This document shows, in pieces, positions 1 to 13,017 of a stretch of DNA of 64,000 bases. Numbering within the stretch: position 1 is the stretch's first letter; each line of letters begins with the position of its first letter. The translations under genes and the position numbers were made by a program. The notes below the pieces were generated by a model, which saw nothing but the letters and a program-made list of their open reading frames with translations, was not told the origin of the DNA and made no database searches. Source of the DNA: Sphyrna mokarran (taxonomy: Eukaryota); assembly GCA_024679065.1 (NCBI GenBank), contig JAGIQG010000031.1, forward strand, positions 17,670,001-17,734,000. The letters are read 5' to 3'.

Positions 1-2299
1 AAGAGAAAATGATGGGTTCTATTCTCCAATGCTGCCACACATGTTGGCAAGCAGAAGCAAAACAAATGGATCAATAAACAAATTTCGGAAACTTCAGAAA
101 TAAGATAGAAAATGTGTTGTATAATCCTGTTTTTTTAAATTGCGCTTTAGGAAAGAAAAAAGGTCATGTGGGCCAGCCTGGCGCTCATGCAGGAGGTCGG
201 GGCCCATGAGACCTCAACCTTGCCCGATTCTTCAAACTGCCCATTTCAATTGGGAGAGTTCTGCCACCTTATCCTACAGGTACCAAATCAAGTGTTCCAC
301 AAGGTGGTGGGTGAAGGAAGGTTGGCCAAGGTTGGACAAGAGGACAAATGAGCTGTCCTTCCTGTTTTCTTTGATTCACTTTGGAAAAGGATTAGCTGTG
401 ACTATTATATGGGTCTGTGAGGCACCAGCTTCCTCCCTAGGCAAGCTGATTAAGCAAAAGAGGCAAACATCAAACAAGAAATAGAAGAGAAAATGTTAAG
501 ATTAAAAAGAAAATTATCTAAATTAAGAAAAAAATTGCCCCATTGAGGAATTTTTTTTGAGTTTGGCTGGAAGGTGGTTGGGTGAAGTGGTGGGAAAAGA
601 GGTTTATAAAATTACCATCAGTGATGTCTCACATAAAATGCATGATCGAAAATATCTCAACTAATGTCATAATTTATACCAAAGTGTATGCATGTTCACA
701 ATTCTTCCTTTGAGCATTCTACCTGAGTATGGAATGAGCCCTTTCACCAGTGCAGGCATGCTGTTAATGGCTCCTGTGTGGAGTTGTCTCAGAATTTGAA
801 TTCACAATGAAAGATTTCTCTTCCTGTGAAACAATTAGATTTGGTTTTCTGCTGTGAAGCATTGTGCAGGGAATTTATTCAAATTGAAATATTACCAAAA
901 AAGAGCAATTGAGTTTAAAATTAACCTTTCAACATGTTTCAATAAAGATTGATTTTAAATCAAATGGGCTGATGAAAGGGTGGTAAAAGCTATTTTTAGT
1001 TCCATTCTTTGATTAATTGTAATTTATGCTATAAAGCTGCAGCATCCCTTTTGTTGTTAACACTGAATCATTTAAAGAATGATGTTCTAAAATTTCCATT
1101 TGCCATCTCAGTCACGACATGAATCCTGGTCACACGGTCAGAGATCCAAGTGAAAATCTGATTCACTGGATTGGATAATGACTTGCTACTCAGTGATCAG
1201 TATGATTAGCACAGACCAGTGCTGCATTCAGTCTAATCCAGGTCCTTCTCTCAGGGAAGCCTACAGATAACCTATAGTGGGATTCAGCTGCCTCTGGGAA
1301 GACTTTTTCCTTGACTACAATGCTTGAAAAGAACAAGATTTTGTTATCCATTTAACAGATAGAATCATTGATAGAGAATAACAAACAAATAGACTTGACC
1401 AAGCAACTGGGTTGACATACAAGTCTCAGTCGCAAGACTCAGGAACAGGAGTAGACCATTTGGTCTTTCAGATTTGCTCTCTCCATTTGTTACAACTGTT
1501 TTTTTGGGCACTCTTCTTTCCCCAATTCTCATCCCATTGTTGCATGTTTTCTCTCAGGTTCCCCACCTCAAACCTGGTTTGTCTCTTTTTTCAGTCTTGG
1601 TCATTGCCCTCACCTGTCAGAAAGGACAATGGTGGAGCTTAAACTGTGAATTTCTTCACTAGCTGGCCTTTCAACAATTGCAACCAAGACAAAATCACTT
1701 TGCAGAATGGAATAATTCTGCTTTACTGCCATTCATTTCTTCCCGGTCTCTCCCTTTTGACTAGTTGATTTCAACATTTCATCTTAATGAAGAGCCTGAA
1801 ATGAACTGGAACAAAGGGTGAAAGTCCAAGATGAAAAACAGTCAAAAACCTCAATCATCTTTGAACACGCATCACACCTTCTCCAGTGACTAAACAGATT
1901 GGAGATGCAAGATCTGTAAATAAGGTGCCTGATTGCCATCCCATTACTCGATCACAATAAAGCTGATCCAGAGTAAGCTGATACTGGAAAATTTTCCTAT
2001 TTAGCTTGGGTCCATTGGAATTATGTTATATTTTTATGTCTTTGAAGTGCACCTGAGCCTCTCAGAAAGGGATACTGCAGCTCAGCACTTGTGTCTTTAA
2101 GTCATATGATTTGCACTTTTTTCAGGATTTCAAGGCATTTTGTTTTCTTAATGGTGTCCTTTTAAAAACATTGACCCTGAGAATTAGTCTTCAGATTGTG
2201 TACCTGATCTGGACCTGGTGTTAGGAAATGTGCCACATGTGCAACAAGTCACAATTTCTTGTTCTTTTTTTTCTTTTTCTTGTGTTGGTCTCTATTCAG

Positions 2300-2332
2300 A
2301 AAAGGAAGTCAAGTTCCAGTGTTCAATTAATG
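2300..2332 (+). CDS. CAMK2B: 33-nt linker cassette exon encoding NLS peptide KRKSSSSVQLM (phase 0-0)
   Basis: tctattcag|AAAAGGAAGTCAAGTTCCAGTGTTCAATTAATG|gtgagg with a long upstream pyrimidine tract; matches the CaMKII alphaB/deltaB/gammaA NLS insert. Confidence 0.92.
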
Positions 2333-2974
2333 GTGAGGACCCTTTTGAAATTTCAATTCACTTCACATTAATCTCACTTATTCTTTTTCCCCTCTCTTCT
2401 CTGCCAGGAGGTGACAGTCATCTGTTTGTGTTTACAGCTTTTCATTACTTAAATCCCCATCAGAATAGAAAGTACTGAAGTATGTGCATGTTAACAACGG
2501 TTAGAGATCCATCTTCGTAAATAGCATTAAACTGATCTAATGCTTCCTTTCTTTTTCTCTTTCTCTTGCAACTTTCTCCATTTGCTTCTCCTTGTAAAAT
2601 TCAGTAATGTAATTTTGGATCACTGTAGCACTTAACATTGTAGCAGAATTAAAACCTCGTCAGTTAGATAATTCAACCAATTGCAAGTAGCCAAAGCAGC
2701 AGTCAAGTGATTAGATAGGATTCTGTCCCTTTTTAACCTTTTGTGCTTATATATGAGCATTTGATTTCACTTATGGATGTCTGTTACTGGGCAAATGGAC
2801 AATAACTAAATCAGAAAAGAACTTTCAAAACCATTCTTGAATTTGGCTGAGGATTATCTCACAAGATTGTAGTTCAGTCATCAATCATAGCGCCACAATC
2901 CAGCTTTGTACAAATGTCAGAAATGCAGTTCTAAATTTGCTAAATGTTAATTAGAAATGTCCCTCACCATCAGA

Positions 2975-3300
2975 TCAAAAAGAAAGACTTATGTTTAGAG
3001 AATGCTTTTCAAAACCTCAGGATGCTCCAAAACACTTAACAGCCAATGAAGTACTTTAGAAGTATCGTATTGTTGTATTGTAAGGAAACAGAGCAGCCAA
3101 TTAGTGTGCAGCAAGCTCCCAAAAATAGCAATGTACTAGTTAATGGAGAATTTCTCCACTGTTGTTCTTCAAAATAATGTGGTAACATCTTTTATGCATA
3201 ACTTTGGGAAGCCCAGCCTCAGTTTGATATCTGATGCAAAATGATAAAAATCATGAGAAATTATCATCCCCCATCTCAGTCACAGCATTGAGATTTTGAC
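2975..3300 (-). mobile_element. Old DeuSINE-like (SacSINE/AmnSINE-related) relic
   Basis: cagccaatgaagtacttt...gtaaggaaacagagcagccaatt...gcaagctccc; reverse-complement similarity to 35700-35830. Confidence 0.6.
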
Positions 3301-4636
3301 ATGGAGACCACTCACCAAAATATCATCTGTTTGTCGTCTCTGTTCTGGCCTTTGCGTTTCCAATACCTTGCCGCATTGCTTTCTAAGAGTAATCCTTGAC
3401 ACCAAACACCTCTCATTACAGCAGTCATACTAAATCCTGGTGTTGGCCTCTCTTAAGGCCACCGGTACCACAAGACTCCTCAATTTCCACCTGACGAGGC
3501 AGTGAAGAGCAACGTTCTTGCTGTTGCCTCCATTAATCTGGTGATGTGAGTGATGATGGTGGGTGTGTTGTTGAGCCCAGTACACAAGATGGGAAGATAA
3601 AAGGCCAAAATGGGATTTTATTGAGCAGATGACATTTCTTTCAGTGTTGACTGGTGGACTGGGAAGCAATGTAGATCAATAAGCACAGAGTTAATGGATG
3701 AATGGAACTCGTTAAGATTTGATAGTAAATGAGCAATACTTCCTTTGCATTGCATCAAGAATTAGTGTCAATGCTGTGACATCTGCAAATTGGAACTTCA
3801 GGGGCATGTTAAGTTAAATTGAATATTAGAGCAAAGAAAAAAATAGCACCTTCTGTCTCTATGGCTGCAGCATTGAAAATAGTTTTTGAACCACCGGTAC
3901 AAGTTTTGAGAATTTGATTGGTAATTGTTGAGTGATTCCAAATCTAATATTTGGTATTTGTGGAAATATTTTGGAATATCTGAAGGTATTTTTTTCTGGA
4001 AATGAAAACCTGAAATCCCAGAGAAGATACTGCAGCAGCTTGATGAATGCCGTCAGCGAAAGAAGAGGATAGGTTCAAGTTAAACCCTTGAAATATGAAC
4101 CATTCTTCTTCCTTTGCTTACCAAGTGACCCTGCCATCACTCTTAAGCATTTTCAATTAATTTCACCAGCAGAAAATAAAAAGGTTCTGTAGCAAGACTC
4201 ACACACAACTGATGAATGAATACAGACGATGATTGTGTGTTTCTATCATTAGAAAATGAGCTGAAGCTTGTGTTTTCAGGCAGGCAGCTTTGTGGTAATG
4301 TTGTAGACTAAGCTTTAAAGAAATAATTAATTGCAATTGTGTGGTCAGGAAAATCAAGTTCATCCCTCGTGTCACAAACTGACTATGTTCTCAGCACCTC
4401 ATCAAGTAAATAGATTATCTTTGGTACACAGCATTCAGCTGCAAGTACAATTAAGTTGTACAGATCTATTTTTGACACTAGTTTTGAGTCAGATTCAGAC
4501 CTTCCATTTCTTAAGTTATGAATTCATCTCTTTATAAAGATCCAAGTAAAATCCCAAAAGTTGATACTGACCTAACTGGCTTGTTCTGATGTGAACTAAA
4601 TTTGGAAATAGCTGCATCCAATGTACCAAACACTTT

Positions 4637-4920
4637 TACAGTTTACTTATTAGTGTCACAAGTAGGCTTACATAAACACTGCAATGAAGTTACTGTGAAA
4701 ATCCCCCTAGTTATCACACTCCAACATCTGTTTGGTACATTGAGGGAGAATTTTAGCATGCCAGTGCGTCTAACCAGCATTTTCTCAGATAGTGGGATGA
4801 AACTGGAGCACCCCGGAGGGAACCCACACGTGAGCAGACAGACAGTGACCCAAGCCAGGAATCAAGCTTGAGTCCCTGACACTGTGCGGCACCAATGCTA
4901 ACCATTGTTCCACCATGCCA
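4637..4920 (-). mobile_element. tRNA-derived V-SINE-type element with the 'ttcacagtaacttcattgcagtg' tail
   Basis: Minus strand reads tggcatggtggaacaatggttagcattgg (A-box region), central gggtgctccagtttc, tail gtaagcctacttgtgacactaataag. Confidence 0.85.
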
Positions 4921-6193
4921 TTTCTCCTGACCTGTTTGCAAAATCCTCATGTGCATTCCTACTATACTTAACCCAAAAATCTCCTTTCAATTTGATGTGC
5001 TATGGTAGTGACAGCAGCCACAAAGACAGCTGGAGGGCTTGATTGTTGTGCAGCCATCGGTGGACCAGTCAGGCCTTGTAGATCAAATAGTAAATGCTTA
5101 GTTTATACAAGAATCTACAAATTGATATAACTTTACTTTGAATGGAAAAGGTCACTAGCCTATTAATGATGGAGGTTTTAAAATATGAAATCCAAAATAA
5201 ATGACAAAGCCTCAGCCCAGCTGAAACAGCAGAAAGATCTACAGTCAGAACATTTGTTGTTGGATCAGGAAAGAATTATTAATAGAACTTTTTAACTATG
5301 TTAATTACTTACACTCACTCGACTATATTGAGTAAAAATTGAAGACACTAGTCCTCTGCTAGGAATTTTGAAAGAAGTTTCTTTTCTACATTTTAGGGAA
5401 AAACGATGAAAGCAACAATTTAAAAAACTACTTAATTTTTGGTGGGTGATGATAGATGATCCCATTTCTTGGTTTTGGTTCTGATGCTACATACCAAGGT
5501 GTTAGTTGTGCAAAATAGCACTACTTCTGTGAGTATGGAAATGGGAGAACATTTTAATAATGTTACACCATCCATTAAATTACACTGTGCAGCTTGTTAA
5601 ACCACCATTATTCATTCAGACTCAATCTGTAGGGCTGACAACAGTGACTGGTCTAACTTGGTTAATAAGGGATTGAAAAACAATGCTGGAAATGGTGTCA
5701 CTGACTTTGGTGTTTGTAATTCTTGCTTCTGCTTTTCCAGAGAAATTGAACTGTCTGCTGTGCTAATGGATCTCTGTGCAGTCTGCAGTGCAGAAATACA
5801 GCTTTCACAATGTGTGGTAGGAAAAGTTCCAGAACAGCTGTAGTATAATTTCCGGACTCAGAGACTTCTGATAAAATTGCACAAAGATAAAGCAATTTTA
5901 ATGTGCCTGTTTAGGATAATATATTGACTTAAAAAAAATTTCCCTTGTGATCAAAATTATGTTTCCTCCTCTTTGAGGCTTGCATTTAAGAGCCAGTTCA
6001 TACAGTAACAAAGTGAGCCTGATCCCATCAACTAGCAGTGGACAAGCCACTCTTTGCAGCTGGATCTGAATAGGCTGTGCACCTCAGACAGTTCAATATC
6101 TGCCAGCTCAGCTTGATCTACTGTCCCAGGCGGGGCTAGGAGGTGAAAAGTGGACATGAAATAAACCTAAACCCTCTGTTGTTTTCTGCACAG

Positions 6194-6262
6194 CCTCAGA
6201 CAAACAGCACCAAAAACAACGTAGTAACCAGTCCCAAAGGAAACATTCCCTGCCCTGCACTG
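6194..6262 (+). CDS. CAMK2B: 69-nt linker exon [23 protein letters not shown] (phase 0-0)
   Basis: ttctgcacag|CCTCAGACAAAC...CCTGCACTG|gtattg; resembles mammalian beta [24 protein letters not shown]. Confidence 0.93.
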
Positions 6263-7489
6263 GTATTGGCTCTCTTCTTCTTATACCATCTTCTTCCAGA
6301 GGCATTGGTGAAGCATGGCTAGATTGTTAGTTAACTTTGTTTCAAGACCAAACTTTGACATAGTTTTAGGGGCATGATGGCCTTCATACAAGTTAAGTCA
6401 AAGAGCTTTTCCTGTTGAGTCTCCTTCAAGTAGCCTTAAGATTGTTTCTTAAATCCTCTGACTTGCCGAAGGAAAAACACTTTGTTTTGAAAATACAAGA
6501 TTTCAAGGCAAAGTTTCCATTTAATTAATAGCTTGGCTGACAGAAACTTGAACTGTTTGTGCATTGAGTTCCAACTAAGTTTGGTGGTCTTTATTTCCTG
6601 TTAGATGACTGAAAATAAAATGGTGCTAATTTAAATTGAGTTAGTTAATTAGTGTTTATATGGAATTGGCACCTACATTACAGGGGCCTGAAGAAAGCCA
6701 TGTTTCATTAGTACCTCCTGTATTAGTTGGCTTGTTTTATCTTGTAATGGCTTTTCCTTTTGCAAATGACTGTGACGTGATTTAGCAGTATGTAACGGGA
6801 GTGTCAGTAGGAAAGGACGCTCAGTACAATTCTCATCAGAAATGAATGTTTTTGTCCAAATTTTTAAAAATATTTTGGTTACTCTTCCTCGCTGATTTCT
6901 TGAAGAGGGGGAAAGATCCATGAAATTCCAGCTAATTGTTTTTCTGTGCATGTTTATATGGTTGGTTATGATGCAAAGGACCAGAGTTAAATTTGGCTGT
7001 CTTTGTGCCTGGATGAAGGGTGAGCGGAAAGATCCACAGTCAGCACAAAGAGAAAGCAAACTGAGATGACACCATAAAAATACATTGTACGTGCACAAAA
7101 CATGGAGTGCAGAGGGAATATTTTGCCTTGAGACGTTCAAAGCCTGCTGACACTCCGAAATTTACATTGGCAGGATTTTTACTTGGCTACTGTTCAGTAT
7201 ATTTTGATGCTTTGGTCCCTCAAAGGGTTTCTTCCCAGCGTTTGGCACAGTGTCATGTTTTGAACGGTTCACTAACTTTATTTGGAACCTAATATCGAGA
7301 CTTGATCCAAATGTTTAGAATTTCAGGGTCTATTTAACATCAGCACAGTCCCGCGTTAATCAGATATCTTGTTTTGTTAATAAATATGCTTTGGTAATCA
7401 ACACTGACTGGACAATATAAGAACCTTATCAGCTATGTACTGTAAATGCTAATTGTATTGGAGGATATGATGCTGGCCTAAAAACCTTG

Positions 7490-7720
7490 AGAACGGGAGT
7501 TTAAATTGCAGCGTGAGAATTTGAATTCCGTAAAAAGACAATGCAGAAATAAGAAGTGACCATGAAGTTGCCAGATTGTTGCAAGAATCTGATTGGTTCC
7601 CTCGTGCCCTTTAGGGAAATGTGCTTTTACTGATTTTGCCCTATGTGACTGCAGTCTCACATGTTTGAGTTTGACTCTCAACTGCTCTTTTTAATGGCCT
7701 GGCAAGTCTCTTAGTTCCAT
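7490..7720 (+). repeat. Degenerate interspersed repeat fragment (related pieces near 12250-12380, 25000-25200, 57010-57220)
   Basis: Shared atttgaattc..., gaccatgaa..., ctttagggaa and cttaactgcc-like segments between copies. Confidence 0.45.
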
Positions 7721-9275
7721 CACACCACTAGGTCCTTGTGCTTGTCCATGTATGCCTCAAGGGATATTTATTACGTTAGAAAAATTGGTCAGTTTCCCTG
7801 ATCCACCAAATTTTGACAGGTTGCTTCAGCTCTTGCATTTATTGGAACTGGTGAACTCAGTAACACTAACACAGTACTCAGTGATTCATCTTTGTTGCCT
7901 AATCCATTTAAGATTCCCCTCTTCCACAATCCAGGAGAAAAATACCTGTTCATTCCAACAGCCTCTTTCCTGTTCCCAAGCACTGCTGAAGAATTCTGTA
8001 TTCATTTTTATCCCGCTTCCTGTCTTCTCATCCTGATCAACATGGTCCATGTGGCATTGAATGTCAGGACATTTATAGTTAAAAGAATATGTTTGGGTTT
8101 TCATTGTCATTGATGTTCATGGTAGAAATGGAGAACAGCCAGCTTTTTTTTTTAACTGTTTAATGCGATACGTTAATTTTCAGTGAAAATATTAAAATTG
8201 CAGCTTGATCCAGACGTTTGAAGGTAACAGTGTGCAATATGGCCACATACACATTTCCACTCCCTTTATATCCCATATCCTCGTTTAGCTCTCATGATTG
8301 GGAGCCACTGACATGATCTGTACCATGATTGTTCAATCGTTTTGGAAGAACGTCTATGTAAGTATTCTCTATACAGCATTTGGCCTTTAAATACCCTTGT
8401 GGACTTGTTGATGCAATGTAATCTAGTTTGTTCCACTTTAAATTGATATGTAACATCTTTCTGGAGTGCCTCACTTTTGTGGGATTCTTATCTTATGAGG
8501 CTTGGTATCCCTGTTTCTACTTGCCCAGCTGACCTATTTCCACCCTCTTCTTCCCCGATTTAATAGAGCAGGAAGTTCTCTACTCATTTGGTGCTCTGGG
8601 TTGTGAGAGGGAGTGGCTAATTGGAAGCTCCAGTCTGAAACCAGACACATCAACCCCTAGTGCTGAATGAAACTGGATCCCTCTCCCAGTCATTAAATTC
8701 TTCATGCCGTGTCTGTGCTTGTGGTTAAAGATGAAGTTAATCAGCTGTTTAAAACAATTGCTGACCTAATTTTTACTTTTGCAAGAAATTTTGGTATATA
8801 CAAGTCCAGCTCATTACATGTTAGGTGATAGGTTGCTTTTTCTTTCACCAATGTTATCTTTACAATTTCGTAGTTGGATGGTAAATTGGGAGGCATTGGG
8901 GATGGTGTATCAGTCCCCACTGAATGCAGCAGTCAACCAAAGCTATCAGAATGTCGAAATCAGGCTACCATTTGGCCCCAACTGTAGGAATGTTGAGTTC
9001 TCATTCTGCAATTTTACAAAGGACCAGTTTAGCAGTGGAACAATCATCCCATTCAAATCATGATTTATAATCCTTTCATCTTTTATCCATTTCTAGCCAT
9101 TCAAGACTATTTATTTTGGTAAAACTCTACAGGAGAAAAGTGTCAAGTTTTTTTTCCTCCTTCTTTGTTTTTTTCCTTTTCGTTGATCGTTTCTGCCTCT
9201 CTGTTTTTAGTTTGGTTTATAACTCTTTTCTCCGCACTAAAATTTCCTTTTCTATATCTGCTTTCATCTCTTTAG

Positions 9276-9320
9276 GAACCACAAACTACTGTTATCCATA
9301 ATCCTGTGGATGGGATAAAG
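9276..9320 (+). CDS. CAMK2B: 45-nt linker exon EPQTTVIHNPVDGIK (phase 0-0)
   Basis: ctctttag|GAACCACAA...GGGATAAAG|gtacca; long pyrimidine tract and branch-like cactaa at 9235-9240; same peptide as the mammalian beta exon. Confidence 0.96.
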
Positions 9321-10036
9321 GTACCATCTGTCTGTGCTGTAGTCTTTCCCAACTTTGAAATCTTCCTTTGTCACGTTCTGTCAAAGAAAATGTGTCCCTG
9401 TTATTAAGTAAGAGTTAAAAGGTTCTGTTTTTGAGTAAGACAGAATTGAGGGTCTTCTACTTGGAACTGGGCAGAAAATTACTGTAAATAAGGGGGACTG
9501 AAGACTGTGTTGGGCCCCTTCATCAGAACTTTCATACATTCTAGATTTGGTTCTCCGAACACTATTGATTAGAAGTTTAAGTTTTTGTCACCCTTGAAGG
9601 CAGTTGACCAACAGATGTTATGGCAGATTTAGTCAGCATTCTCGCTTCCACCTGTGGTTGGAAGTGCAATAGATAGCTAATGAGAAAGCTTTGGTTTGTA
9701 ACCAAATATATTACCATTTTAATCAAAAAACTGAAGTCCATTTCAGGATTGGATTGAAGTATAGTACTGTTTTGAGGTGCTCAAGTTGTTCCATTCTGAT
9801 GTAATTGTATAATAAGTAACAGCCTTTTCTCTTGGATTTAAATTGTGGAATGAAGTTACCCATTTACTTCATACCCAACAGAGAACATAATTTTGCCACC
9901 CAGTCAGCAGACAACATTTTTTAAAAATCTCACCATTTCGGTTTATGAGCTGTAATGTAGACATAAAGAAGTGATTTAAATTCCCCAAAGATATTCCGAA
10001 GACTGGTTTAATAAAGACTTGGTGATAAAGTGAAGC

Positions 10037-10337
10037 TGGTGGCACAGTGGTTAGCATTGCTATCTCACAGTGTCAAAGACCCAGGTTCAATTCCAGCCTT
10101 GGGTCTCTCTCTGTATGTTTTCCCCTTGTCTGCGTGGGTTTCCTCTGGGTACTCCGGTTTCCTCCCATCATCTGAAAGGCGTATGGGTTAGGTTGATTGG
10201 CTGTGCTAAATTGACCCTAGTGTCAGAAGGATTAGCAGAGTAAATGAGGGTTACAGGAATAGGGCCTGGGTGGGATTGTGGTCAGTACAGACTCAGTGGG
10301 GCATATAGCCTTCTTGTGTACTGCAAGGATTCTATGT
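10037..10337 (+). mobile_element. HE1-like tRNA-derived SINE with CR1-type tail
   Basis: ggtggcacagtggttagcattgc...ggttcaattcc (A/B boxes), gtctgcgtgggtttcctctgggtactccggtttcctccca, tail ending ggattctatg. Confidence 0.88.
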
Positions 10338-11550
10338 TGGTACAAACCATGAAATAACATCTGTTTGGCTACAATCATGAGCCCTGCTTCACACATCTCA
10401 TTGGATCCAAGTTATGGCACACTAACTTCCCTCAATCATATAATGCCAGAATTTGAGATGTAATTTATGAAATGATATGTTATCGTGACCCTTCTAATTC
10501 TTCACTAGATGCATTTGCTAAAAAAATCAAACTGCAGCTCCATCTTTTGGAAACACATTTGTATTTCCAACTGACAGCAAAAAGCTGCACTTTGTATCTC
10601 AGCATTGTATTGCCTGGCAGACCAATGGCAGCTTTTGTTCTTGAGTCTACCAATTAGAAATGATTGAACAAACATGCTTGTCAAAACAATCTATTAATGA
10701 GTCTACTTACTGAGTTTTTACTTCTGAAATAATTGTGAATATATTGGGTCTTGAGTTGCAGGTAAACTAATCCCAAAATATCCAGAGCGTTAAAGCTATG
10801 ATAGTTAGAAGTGATCATATCAAGCGGATGTGGAAAGAGTTAGAAATTAATTTGGCCTGTATTGGAGAGGAATCCCTAATTAACCAAAATGTTAGTTTCA
10901 ATAAATCACTCAAATCAAGTAGCTTATAACATCAACAACTCAGCATCATCTCTCCTTGTAATCTTTTTGCAATGAATGTGCAGTATATTCTTCAGACTGT
11001 AAAAGATATGATTCTTTGAACAGGAACTTAAAATGACTGGCCAGCATTCACTGTGGCTCTAATTATAAGAGCTTTGTCTGAACACTGCAACTGTTTTAAG
11101 CATTTGAACAGTGGGGCCCTTTAAAGTTCATAGGGCTTGAACTTGATTTTAAAAATGTTTGCCAGACATCAGATGGCTCGCAACTTCAATATGCATTTGA
11201 TCCTGCTCTCCTCCTTGCTCTCAAGTCAAATTACTTAGAACAGCAAGCTACTGTTGAATATGTTTCCACCAGATTAAACTGATCTTTTTTTAAAAACCCA
11301 CCAAATTAAAACTATAATAATATAAAAATAAATAGGATATTTGTGTAAACAGAAAGTTGCATAGTTCAAAATTATAAAAACTAGTTCCTTTATTCTTCTC
11401 TGCTTTATCATCATGCTTTCTCCTGCTCTTTTTCACTCAAGCTTTTGTATAAAGGCTTTTCTTTTTCTACCAGTATCTGTACTGCTAATTCAATGTTGAG
11501 GTGGTGAACGCATGGAGTATTTCAAGTAAGGTTATCTCTTTTTTTTGCAG

Positions 11551-11599
11551 GAGTCTTCAGACAGCAGTAATACAACTATTGAAGACGAAGATGTTAAAG
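11551..11599 (+). CDS. CAMK2B: 49-nt linker exon ESSDSSNTTIEDEDVK (phase 0-1)
   Basis: ttttttgcag|GAGTCTTCAGAC...GATGTTAAAG|gtgagc; the conserved NTTIEDED exon of CaMKII genes. Confidence 0.97.
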
Positions 11600-11989
11600 G
11601 TGAGCACTACATTGAGAGCAGCTTTTGAAAATGGCATTGTAGGGCTCAGAGCCACACTAAGTCATTTGTTCTTAGGGTTCTTAACTGGGTAAAAACAATG
11701 CGTGACCATCAAAGGCTCAAACTGAAGTGGCCTCATTCAGATTTGATTTTTCATTTCACATGATCATCTCAGCTGTAAAGAGATTGGAAACAAATCTTTC
11801 TCCTTTTGGCAGCTGCTGTCAGAGCCGATCATGGCTGCTATATTTTAAGGTCAGGAAATCATGTTCAAGGGTAAATAGCGAGATACTGTAGCAGAAAATG
11901 CTGGAATGACTCAGCAAGTCAGACAGCATCTGTGGTGAGAGAAATTTCTAGTACAGACACTTCAACAGAAGTGGTTCTTTCATGCTTTG

Positions 11990-12201
11990 AATATTCTCCT
12001 TGTATTTGCATGGGTTTCCTCCAGGTGCTCCGGTTTCCCCTTACGGACCAAAGATGTGTGGGTTAGGTCGATTGGCCATGCTAAATTGCTACTTAGTGTC
12101 AGGGGGACCAGTAGGGTAAATAAGCGGGGTTATGTAGATACGGCCTGGGTGGGATTGTGGTCGAATGGCCTCCTTCAGCACTGTAGGGATTCTATGATTC
12201 A
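11990..12201 (+). mobile_element. 5'-truncated HE1-like SINE, preceded by a Penelope-like terminal fragment (about 11890-11970)
   Basis: gggtttcctccaggtgctccggtttcc...gaatggcctccttcagcactgtagggattctatgattc. Confidence 0.85.
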
Positions 12202-13017
12202 TGGGAAGTGGGCATCACTGACAATGCCCTCTTTGATGGCACTCTGAGACTAGTTTTCAATTCCGCATTTTTAATATTTAATTAAATTCTAAATAATTCA
12301 ACTAGCTGCCATGGTGAACCAAGGTCTGAAGATCATTTGATTGCACTTCGGAATACTAATGGTGGTATTAGCTCTGTGCTATCAGTTCCCAATAATGGCC
12401 TACTGACCCTCTTTTTTCTAATTTCCTCAGGAGATAAAAAAAAAAGACTTGAGATTGACATAAGAAAATAAAGAGCATTAGTTTAGCTGAAGGGTGGAAG
12501 GGTAATAGAGAAAGTGTATGAAGAATGGCAAAACTGAGCAGGTTCCATAACTCAAGGTGCGTGATCGGTTGTCACCAAAGTTGCATAGTATTTCACCAGT
12601 GCAGTGATCTAATGAGGAGAACATAGCAATTACCTGCACAACATCTCCCTTTTCGCTTAACCTCAAAACGGTAAGAAAAGTCATCATGTCTGTTTTTATT
12701 ACTTTACAGGATATGGGCATCACTTGCTAGGCCAGCATGTCTCTCTCTAGCCCTAATTGATCTAGAGAAGGTGGTAGCGAGATGCCTTCTTGAACCACTA
12801 CGGTTTATCTGGTATAAGTATACCAACAGTTCTATTGAGAGTTCTTATGTTGTAGCTTTCTGAAAGAGGGAAAATGAGAGCTTCAAGTAAGGTGTGGCAT
12901 TATTAAAGACAAATGGGATTAAGAGGGTTATAAAAATATGGTGTTCTTCTTTGGACTTGCATTGAATTTTTTTGAACAATTGAAAAGCCAAAGACTGAGG
13001 TTAGAAGGGGAGTCAAA

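Noticed and set aside
140-484. 114-aa ORF in a GC-richer patch
   Set aside because: Non-ATG start, no recognisable domain, intronic position and no fitting splice sites.
6673-7140. 155-aa antisense ORF
   Set aside because: No recognisable protein features; compatible with chance in 64 kb.
10037-10095. tRNA gene (also 36802, 38437, 43910)
   Set aside because: A/B-box-like heads continue into SINE bodies or are truncated; no full cloverleaf.
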